DNA of 64,000 nt, taken from contig NC_092675.1 of the NCBI RefSeq assembly GCF_964355755.1, positions 26,756,912 to 26,820,911 of the forward strand. Reading direction: 5' to 3'. Position 1 is the stretch's first letter; each line of letters starts with the position of its first letter. Below the pieces are notes generated by a model that saw nothing but the letters and a program-made list of their open reading frames with translations, was not told where the DNA came from and ran no database searches. Source of the DNA: Antedon mediterranea. Its lineage: Eukaryota > Animalia > Echinodermata. Below are positions 38,701-50,700 of the stretch, piece by piece. Position numbers and translations under genes: made by a program.

Positions 38701-41700
38701 TGTTATGAAAATTGATTTTCTTAATAGAAAATTCATTCATTACTTGTTTAGAAAAATCGTATTGAGAATGATGATAAATGATGATATTGTGCTTTAGGCC
38801 TTGGAATGTCGAAAGAGTTGAAGTCACGAAGATAAGAAAAACATATTATTCTTTCTGATCATGTAAGCTTCTCCTTTTACATCTACACATGTTTTTCTTG
38901 CAGAAATTAATTTCTCCTTGAAAATTAGTTTTTTTCTATCAACTGACTTCAGAATGTCTTGATTCGTTTCAAATTGCTGTAGTAATAGTACATTGACAAA
39001 AAAAACAATCAAGCATCATTAAATCATTAAAACAGTATTGATAAACGTAGGTGAAACTCTTGTCTCTCTCTTGAAGAATAAGTTACTTTATTTTCTACCA
39101 AGTTACTTGGCATTTCCCTATGCACTTGTACGTTATAATGATAGTCTTACAAATTGACTTTTCTGAATGAATAGCGTATTACAAATTACTGGTATGCACA
39201 TGGGAACAAGGTTCTGAGCATCTTCAGGACAGCTGGTTTGAATTAACAGCAGCGACACTGAGCACAATGAAACATCTAGCTAGGCTAAATAGTTAATCAA
39301 CATATTCGTTCTAAAACGGAAGAACTTGGCCGCATTTGCAAGAGCAAAACATGCTGTGCAGTAACAAACTATGTTGCTAATCCTGGACTAAACTAATCAG
39401 ATGCGGAGATATACCAGCTGTAGTACTATAGCCACTGACTTTAGATTCCCTAGTAAAAAACACTTGGATACTAAACACTTTTCTGCCTCAGTGCATCTCT
39501 TAGTGCAACTGTCCGTTCAATCATATAGAATCATTAACAACAGGTTGAAGAAAAAGAATCTCGAAAACGTAGATGTTTTTTTCAGCTCTCCAAAACAAAA
39601 GGATTAAAAAATAGCCAGAGGGATTAACATATAAAGTTTAAAGCTTCTGGAATCTAGGGTAGGCTAGTTGTTAAGTAAACAGCACTGATAGAAGGCAGAC
39701 TAATGCATTAAAGACAAATTATTTCCCTCCACCCTTGGGTCACAAACTAAAGCACTAAGGCTTTTGTCGATAAGGAGAAAAAAACCAAAAATAAGCACAA
39801 TCTCAATATCTTGGGAAAAATAATATTATACTGTAATAATATTTTAAATTAATACAATGCTTGATGGAAAATAACATTGATGTCTTCAATGTCATAAGTT
39901 ATTTGCATGCACTATTGTATTATTTAACAATGTTTATAGAGCTTTGTTAACATCCCTGGTACTCGCTCTGCAAATATTGTACAGTTATAGCCCTTAACCA
40001 TACTATTATTCTAAATAATGTAGAACTAAGTAGAGCCCTTCTTTAAGTGTTCCATAAACAATATTGTTGTATAGAAAACCAAATGTGTTTGTTAGCAAAG
40101 ATCATTAGGAAACTGTATTTTTAATCTGTCTATTATTCAAGCGGTGTTTATTTACCTTTAGTTTGTTACTAAGCAAAAAATGTTGATGAGTATAGTATCT
40201 TATTCTATTCTTTGTGTACAAAAACTATAAAAAAAATATAAACGAGTGATACTTACTAGGATGTCTGAGGCCCTGATTTTGTTACTTTACATATTGTCAA
40301 TCACAATTTTTAAACAGTATCATCATAATTTATTGAGTGTGTAATTACAGAATGGTGTTAAACTGAGTGTACTGTACCCTGTATAAATTGGTGTATTTTA
40401 AAGAATTTTTCTCAATGCAGTAGAGGAGGGGGGGGGGGGGATCCAGGAAGATAGCTCCTCCTTAACAAGGAACGAACAACTTTTGATATTTATTTTTGAC
40501 AAACTAAAGACTGTAACAGTAGTGTCCTCTTGAAACATTTACAAAAAAATTGTTGAATATGCCATTTTAATTTCACATTATATATTCACTTTGAATAAAA
40601 ATGTGAGCGAAAAAAAACTATATTCACTGTACCTGAAGAAAAAGCATAAAAATAGTCAAATTGTCTGTTTAATGGGTTTTTGTTAATTCAGCCTTTTTTT
40701 TTATTATCTTTGTTAGTGCAAAATAGCCTATTCATACTGTAGGTCTGATTATGTTAATCTTCATTTTTCATGTTTTTTGTGGACAATACTACTGTACATC
40801 TTTAACTATTATTTCAGCTTGTTAATAAAAATCCTGGACCTGCCACCTCAATCTAAGTGGGGATTGGTTGTTGTTTACGGTAGATATAAAAATTAAAATT
40901 CCATTTTGAAATTAATTAATCAGATGTTTTGAAGAGCAAATTAAAGTTTCATATTCACTTTGATAATTTCTGTTAAATTTTATGATATTTGAAGAGTAAC
41001 CTGTAATTATATTGGCTGTTATGTGATGCACTCACGATAACCTGCATTCAAGATATGCATATTAAATTAGATCTAAGTAGTTAGCAAAATAATTGAATCT
41101 CATAAACATTGTAAACAGCTGCTACCAACTCCTTAAGCTAGTAATTTATTATTATAATTATGTTTATGTGCAAATTTAATTAATGGAAAAAAAAATTTCT
41201 ATAGTTTTGTTTTATTTTTAGCAAAGATAACATTAACTATGTTCAATTTTAATAAAATCCAAGGCTTTCAGTGTTTCACATCAAACTGTAGCCTGTCTTT
41301 AATGTTATAAATTTTAAAAAACTAAAAAATAAAAAAGAAAGCACAGACCATCACATCAGACAGCCTTTTTTTAGAACTCAGGCTACTTGATTAAAAAGGG
41401 GTCTGAGTGATGACCACGACTCATCTGGGACAGGTGGTCACTTGGACCAAACAGGTTAAAAGGCCAACTCAGACATAGTCGTGGGACGAGGCAGCTCTTC
41501 AGGGGGATATCAAACATGTTCAATGTTCTCCCGACGACTTAAAAACTACAATACACCCTATGCTATCTCAAGACAACTTGTCTTGTCGGGATTTACAGTA
41601 TCTCATAGGGCCTGTTTCTGCTGCAACTGCTCAAAATACGGTATAAAAATACGGTATAAAATACGGTATTTTTTATACCGTATTTTTTAGTACCCCGTTT

Positions 41701-44700
41701 CTGCTAACAATACTTCTTGGGTGGTCGTGTTAAATTTCATCTTTTTTACCCAAATTGCCATTCATTTATTTGGTCGATAATTAAAAGTCGCAATAAAGGA
41801 AGTTTTACGTCTCACTTTCAACAGCCTAGCCCTAGTGATAGAGATGTTGTGAGAGCACAGAAAACATCGTAATGGGGACAATTAATTCGTTCCCTCCCCG
41901 AGTTATTGTATTTTGCAATGTTGTATTGCTTTCGCAGGCTCTTCAGCTTTGAGTTTACTTGCTTTGGAGACAAGTCTATTCCATACTCCTGCTTTATTTT
42001 TTTAGAAATGTCTTTATAAATGTGGTTGTCCCTTTTATTAGTTGGCCAGACATTTTAGCTTCCCCACACACATTTATTTAGTAAAACTGTGACGTCTTCG
42101 CTCCACATTTTCGCCGAATATATCTATACACGTGTGTAAAGCATCTGACAGCGACAGAAAATAAAAATACGAATGTTGACCTTTTGTCATGTAAAAAAAA
42201 AATACGGTATTTTTTATTGGCAGCAGAAACGGGTACAAAAAATACGGTATAAATTTGTAAATACCGTATTTTATCCACAAATTTTGTGGGGAAAATACGG
42301 TATACAAAATACGGTATATTTTTTATGAGCGCAGTTTCTGCTGCCAAAAATATACCGTATATATACGGTATTCAAAAAATACCGTATAATATACTGTATT
42401 TAGTTGGCAGCAGAAACAGGGCCATACAGCACCGGCGAGTCAAGACATTTCGTCTGGCCTTGTCCTACGATGCTGTTTAAGTTGGCCTTTAGTATGATTT
42501 TACATTAGCACCTTGACACAATTAAATTGTATTGTATAAGAACATAGCAAACAATGTTGGTAAAAAATATTTTCCAATTACTGACAATATGACATTGCAT
42601 TAGGATACTTTTATTCTAAAAATTGTCTATTGCTAAAACATTTCCAGATTTGTGTTCACTATCTTTGACCCTCCTGAATGAACAAAGCTTTGGTCTATTC
42701 TTTGATGAGAAAAGGGAAGTAAAATTCAAAATGCACAATGAATAAATTACATCTAAATTATCATATGAATAGATTTCTTTAATCCAAGCAATTATTCAAT
42801 TTCATAAACAATTTATGAATCAATCCGATATAATTTATAAATATACATTTTTTTACAGTATTTGTGATGATTGATAAATAATTTCAATATAGAATGATCA
42901 TCAACATCTTTTAGACCAAAGGATCATCAGTAGAATGCAACGTCATCTTATATTAAAATATAATTATGACTTAATGAAATTTGAAGACTAGTACGATAAG
43001 TGATGATGTGAAATAATTACTCTTCTCCAACAAAACAAACCATAATTACATCTCAATCTTCATATCACAAACATAGCAACAGTTGCCATGACAAACATTG
43101 CTATTGATCTGCCATTCCTTATAGTACTGTATCATTTATGTCAAGCTCAAGGCATAATGCGACTAATCATGGATGGAACCACTCTAAAAAAGGGAGATTA
43201 CACTATCAATAAAAAAACTATCATTAATATTAACAATCCCTGGTAAATAATAAACTAGTCCAAAAGTTATATAAGCTAATGAGGGCTCACTTTGATTTTG
43301 ACATGATCTACTCTTCTTATTTTTTTTAATACTCTGGGTAGGCTTCAAGATGGGCTTCTTTTCGAGATTACTTTTGCAAACTAAAGAAGAGGACTTCTTT
43401 TCGAAATGAATGCTGAAAATGTGTGAATTGCTATCTACAAGTACAGTACAATAAAATAGGATTTTTGAGATATTATGCCAAGTTTACATATTGTGAACCA
43501 TACCATTTCTAAACTGTAAAGTTATATATGGCATTAATTAAATTACCTTGTTCCTTTGATTTACAAATAGTCTATTTTAAAGTTCCAGTGGCTTGATTCG
43601 AGATGGGCTTTTTTCAACAATGAAGGAGGGGGTTTCTTTTCGAGATGGGTCTCTTTTTAAGGTTTTACGGTACATTTTTTTAATACAGGTCTCACTTCTG
43701 TTATGGATGGAACTACTCAAGCTGAGACATGATAATATATAGAAACACGTCCAGGGACACACAAGCTACGGCTTTATAAGTCTCAACATTAAGTTAAAAA
43801 AAGAAAGGGAAATTACAACATCAACAGGGAATACTGCTACACATTTCTAAAATTGTGTATCAAAAAAATACAATACAAAACTATATTTCTCGACTAAGAA
43901 ATCAGTTTGATAATTAATATTGCTAAACAAAAATGAAATTTTTTCCTGCATCAATCAAAAAACATAATATAATCTCCCTGTAGGTAAATACTGTAAAGTA
44001 AGTCCAAAAGTTATGAACTAATGAGGGCTCACTTTTTGACATCATATGTATTTTTTTTTAATATCATGAAAGAGGGCTCACTTCTAAAAATTAACTAAAG
44101 GTAGTTGAAGATAAAACATTAACAATACTTTGTATATTAATATATTAATAATTTTTGCTAAGTTTAATTGTACAGTAGTTTTCTCTGAGGGAAACATGAA
44201 ATAGTAACAGCGCTGTGCTTAAGTTTGTACATTGCGTCTTAATGGGAACCAAACCTACTATATGCTATATTTTATTTAGCATAATAACAACAGGATATTT
44301 CACCTTTGAATTTACAACTGATTCAATATTTGTTCACGTTATTCACACGAGTATTTATTTACTTAGGGTTTATATTAAAGCATGTATACACATCACTAAG
44401 AGCAACACTTATGGGTTGCCAATGGTGCTTTCTTTATCTATACCCCTCTTTACTAATATTTTCAAACAATAGAAATAAGTTAAACTAACTTGTCATAAAA
44501 TGATAATCGAAACAAGTGGACAATAAACAGTTATTAGGTTAGGTCAAAATGGTCAAAACAGTAAATGCATCCATTCTGTATTGTATTAATGCTACATAGT
44601 TAAAGTAGAAGAACTCTATAAATATAGAGAATCAACCAAGTGTGCCTTTTTATAAAGGTATGTAATGTGGGGAAATAACCTGTGTCTTCCAGTCTAACTG

Positions 44701-47700
44701 AGCTAAGTTACGCACAGGTGTGGACAACAAACACAACAACTTTCTCCTTCACCTAGGCGGTCCCATCATGTTGAATGTTGCCACCAAATGGCACGGGCTG
44801 ACTGGACCAGTACAGCGGGTTAACCTCCCTACTCTTCCGAAAGATGAACTGGGTTCTAAAGTGTAAAGTGCACACAACCTAGATGTGTAGATTGGACCTC
44901 AAATTTTATATATATATCCGAGAATACTTCTTCTACAGTACCACAAGAAGTATGGTTGATTGTATAGCTATAGTCTGCAATGCCCCTGCCTTAACCACTC
45001 ACACACTTGACTTGAAAATTGAATCCACTAAATAAGGTGTTTGGTGAATTTACTGTTCTTCTATCATTGCTTTTTACTTAGTCGTTTGATGACATACAGT
45101 AGCACATATTAATATTTTTCTGCATGCAATTTATTTCTGTCATGGGCTGAATGCTTACATTGTGGATAAATTAATTCACCAAAACCTGCACAGATAAATT
45201 CTATTCTAAAGCTATGTCTATGCTAAAAGGGTGCCCAAATATGGTATTGATATGCCCAAATACGGTAAATATGGTAGTGATATGACAGCATCTGCATGTC
45301 CTTATACTGTATGGGCACATCACATTTGTTTGTCACATAAAGTTTGATCATGTAGATAGAACCTAAATCTTATAATTTAATCTACTGTCATAAAATCATC
45401 AGTTAAAATCATCAGTTATTGTTTTATGTGTTGTACTCTACTAAAATAAATTTAGTTCCATATCAACTGTCAAACTGTCTACACCTACAGTGTTCAACAA
45501 TTTGATCCATAAAAAAACCCCATTAAAATGTCATTTAATCTTCTGAAAAGAGAGTAAAAAAACTGTGTGGAAAGGTCAAATATATTCTGACCTCACTGTT
45601 GGTTGCCATAGCGAGTGATGTAATATCTTCTCCCTATAGATTTAAGTAAAAAATGAAGCTTAATTCAGGTGACACTACTGTATTGTCAACTGAATAAATC
45701 TAATAAAATTCAAAATAAATATTAATCCAATAAGTACTTAATAATAGACTTCAGTCTTCAGTAATAAAACTAGAACCTACACTACAGTATTCACAATCAT
45801 AATAAAATCTGACCATTTATGACGAATTAGAAAATAGATAGTAGTACAGTTCTTCACAAATGTATGTTTTGTCCATTAACGCATTAGAATACTGTAGTAA
45901 CATTTTAATAATTGTTATGTGCGAATACAGTACATGGCAACATCTGAAGTTTAAAAAAAAGCAAGAACACATTAACAATTTCTTACAAGAATAATGAAAA
46001 GCGAAAACAGAATGTTAATTTGTATATAAATATTTGTTGATGGATTCAAACATGTACTACAAATGGAGAGAGGCATTATATACCAATAGATAAAGTTTTG
46101 GTCATCTCTCCTTCATCTTTTTTTTGTGTAATATATTATACCATATGGACAATTGTCTGAAATAAAAGTTGAATTGAATTGAATTGAATTAGTAGTACTT
46201 TGTTTGTTTGTTTGTTTGTTTTATCTTTATACTGGGTAACCTCTTCAGTCAAAGACTGATCTCCCAGAGGGCCCAGTTGGTGATCAGTGGCTGTGATGTA
46301 CTAGTACACCGGGGTAACCCCCTACTCGTCTCGAAAGGTGTACTAGGTTCTTTAAAGTGCTCACGAGCAAGTTGTGTACACTGGACCTACGGTTTATAGT
46401 CCTTATCCGAGAAGACTCGTTCTACCACCAGAACCATGGAGTGAGTGAGCCTCGAACCTCTGCCGATGTTATGGCTACGTGATTACGGTTCCACTGTCTT
46501 AACCGCTCGGCCACTCACTCATACAGTACAGTACAGTATGTAGTTCCTCGCAAGGTTATTATGGAAGTTTGCGTACTACGATAAGTAAACATTATAAAAA
46601 GCTGCTGAAAATGATAATAATTAATTGATGAATTTTAATTATTAATACCAATTGAAAGTTATTAATATTACAGTACAGTGTGTTTCTTATAGTGACCAAG
46701 ATTAAAGCTCTTTCTATACTACTTTTTTATACTAGTTTGAAAAAAAATGTGATGTGCCCAAATATGGTAGTGATATGTATATGGGCACATTACATTTTTT
46801 TGTCATATAAAGTTTGATATTATATCCAGAGCTTTTTTTAATTTTATTTATTTTTTTTATCCATTTGAAAGTAGAAACCAACAGCGATAATTACCGCCAC
46901 AAACAGGTTTTATACAAACAAAGCCAGGACTGTTTAAAACACCTTGATTGGTCCTAACATTGCTCAAGGGCTTCTCTCGTCCAGTGTGCCCACCTTGACC
47001 AGAGGTCTGAGGCATATACTAGATGCAGGGGCTGCCATAAGAGTCAGCAGTGCTATTTCAAATGCCTAACGGGACCCCAGCTCCGTATACAGCACCCGAT
47101 ATTCCCAGATGGTCTCCCCTCCAAGCTCTAACCAGGCCCAATGTTGCTTAACTTCGGTGATCTGACGAGAACCGGTGTCAGATCACCGAAGTCTTTACTA
47201 ACTGTATTCGAAGTTTCCCTGACATAACAATTCAATCAACTTTAAAACAATACTGTTGTAGGTAATAATAAATTATTATTATTTTCAGCAGCTTATGATG
47301 TTTACCACTGTTCAACATTCTTGTGAATGAATGAAAAACAAATCAAGGTCTCTAAATTAATTGAACAGGTAGCAATTGCATTCCATGATACATTCTTTCC
47401 TTTCAAGACACATTGCACCATGTATTGACTATGTAGTAAACAGCCTACTGTAAAATATATTAATTTGGATCAATATTCTAAGACTAAGAGGTCACCCCTT
47501 CAGAATAAACTGTTTCTATTAATAGATTAATTGACAATCATCACTCAGAACACTGTACAGTTATTTGTTTTTTTACTGTTTTTAAAGATGTTGATGTTTA
47601 AAATAAATCATAATTTGTATTAATTATTTTACAGAATTTCTGTTGCTATTAATTACTGTAATATAGAAAAAATGATAATAAACAAACTTTATACTAATTT

Positions 47701-50700
47701 TAGTACTTAAATGCATCACAAAATCCCAAACAAATTTAGTTACAGTATACAGTAGTCAGCTAGTTAGTTATACAGTGTATAGTACAGGTATTAGTAGCTA
47801 CTTTGAAGATATAAAGATGCCTCTATCAACCAAAACAAAATGGAGTGATACGATAAGGATTTTAATAGCTGAATTTTCTAGCTTTACACAGTACATACAA
47901 CACCGAAAAACATAAAATATGAATTGAACATTTCTTGAATTGAAGCTAAACAATGATTATTGTTTTTTAAAATTCTCTATATCAACCAAAAAAAAAGAAT
48001 TAATGTTTTTATCGCGGTTAGAATTAGTGTCACTTTAAATGTGTCATCAGTAAAATTATCAATTCAAAACAGTTTTAAGAAACTTTGTCTGGAGTTTTTA
48101 TTTAGAATTCAGAATTTATAAGCTACAGTATTGTGTGAAACTAACACTACTATAACTAACAGGTTAATTAGTGTGAAAACTCATCAATGTTGGTGTATTA
48201 ACAAATAATATAAAACTTTTGATCACAACACATCAATCGGAAAGAATTTGTTACCTCCGCAATTTTCGTCTGTAGCTGTAGACTTACTGTAGATAATTCA
48301 TAAATTATATATTTGGTAAAATTTTAAATTTTTTTCACTATGACTCTTTATCTATGGATCTTAATTTCCGAGTTAAACGATAAATCATAAAAAAAAATAA
48401 TTACTAAACATGAATAAATATTTTTAAATCTTGCAAACAATAAGATTTCATTGTTTCACTTTCAAGTCAACAAATAAAATATATTTTTACTTGGAGTAAA
48501 AATCACCTCTGGAGCTACAGTACTTTATTGTAAAGGCCATCTGAGCTATATGCTTGTTACCAAGTTACCAATTCATAAACATTTACCATACTTAAATATA
48601 ACCTTCATTCATGATTATGAATGGAAATTGGCTTCATAGAAAATGTTAACGTGAAAGTCCATAGTGTGAACAATAAAAAAAATATCAACATTAATAAATT
48701 ACATATTTGTATATTTATAACCTTAAAAAAATATTGTTATTTTGACTTAATTTGATTTGACTTAACTGTAAAATATGATTTAATTCAATAAATGAGTGAT
48801 AAATAGAAATAATAAAATTGTATTTGTATCATAAAGAAATGTTTCACTATTGGGTTGATTTATATTAAATCTGAACTACTATGAGTATTATAAGATATAT
48901 CTTTAAATTTAAATTGATATAAATTTCCAAAAATTGTTAGATGAATAAATTATATTATATTTATTCGTCCAATAATTTTTGGAAAATTACTTTCCTTCGG
49001 CATTGACACAAAACAGTAAAAATAAATGAAATACAAATGAGTTAAGTAATAAAATGACCACTGTACAACCTGATTAAAATTGAAAATTTAATAAAAAGAT
49101 AGCTTGGTTCTCACTTGAACGCAGCACAATGCATGTTTGGTTGATCCACCAATTGGTCAAATCACTTGTGACCTGCTTATGAACTTGCGTCGTCGAGTTC
49201 AAGAACCAAGCACCAGTAAAAACTGGTTATTTTTAATGCTTGTATATATACTGTAATGCAGTATTTTTATAACAATAACATCATAAAGAATTACTATATA
49301 GGAAATAAAGTAAACTAATGTATGTGTGACGGTAAGTGGAAAACCGCGTACAGTACAGTAGGTTGTTCCATATAGAATCTGTATCTATCCTGAGCGGAAA
49401 GCGCCCGTCCGCTTTGCATTGTGTGTAAATGGTCATAAAGCGTGGTTCCCACTAGAACGTAACGCAAGGACGTAAACGCAACGCAAGCGTTTTAACCAAT
49501 GACAAGCGAAGTTATATACAGTTAGCAATCACATGCGAATAAGCAATCGCTTGTGATTGGTCAATTCACTTGCGTTGCGTTTACGTCCTTGCGTTACGTT
49601 CTAGTGGGAACCAAGCTTTAGGAATAACATAGATTCTATATTTGTTATTACCGTTATCGCTGGTCTGTGTAAATTGGCCTTTTACACTGATTAAAGAGAA
49701 TGTCACCATGTAACTAGAGGAGGGAAAGTACCATAGGTAGCAATTCAAAAGGAATTTTCTTGTTAAATTCAGTAAATTGATACAGTCAGAAAAAAAAACC
49801 TGCATGAAAAAGTTTGTTAAAACCTCCAATGAACAGTAAGCTTTTCAATTTTGAAATCTCATGTCATTGAATGTCAGAAAAATAAGCTATTAGTTTTAAT
49901 CATTAACATAAAGTAACTTAATATTTTATTCAGAGACAATGAGACGCTTGCTGTTCAGAACTTGACCGGTCTAACAACCAGAAATATGTATTTAGTATCA
50001 AAACATCTGTGGTTATAAAGGTATCATTCAATTATGTATTTGAATTCAGATCATTTGATAGGGACTTTGAACTTGTGAGGATTACATAAACCAATAAAAT
50101 CTAGATATAAAAAGTATTCTAGACCAACTGTCTCACTAAAAACCATTTGTAATAATAACAACAATACATTCAACCAACAAAATGTACAAATTAAGGCAAG
50201 GCCAATTGTTTAAACTCAAAGAAAAGAGTCCACATATTTTAAACTCCAATTTATTCTGGTCTGGTGTTATCAGGTACAGGTTTTAAAATACGTTAGACAA
50301 CATTTTAGCTACAGTATCTTTCAAAACAGGCCCTAAACACATTCAAAATATCTGTGTTCAGTGTAAGCGGATCCTAATATTATCAGATTTACATCCAACA
50401 GTACAGTTGTGCTCTGCTTTGTGTTACAGTATCTCTGATACAATGGTTTCTTCTCTGATTATTTTGAAAGGTATATTAAACTATACACATGCAGAACAAG
50501 GTACTGTAAACTTATTAAATTCAGATAGAACAAATAAATTGATTAAAAAAATTAAAAATTAGATAACACATCATAAAGGATGAAAAGAAGATGGTCAATT
50601 GAGATGGTCAATCTGGTATGCAGGGATGTCACAAGCTTTTTGGAAATACGGTACTGATAACCCCACTAACGCCAGACCTGAAAATATGTCAGAGAGGGCT

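Noticed and set aside
47088-47177. Functional 5S rRNA gene
   Set aside because: 5' end missing, no T-run terminator, continues into a SINE body and tail
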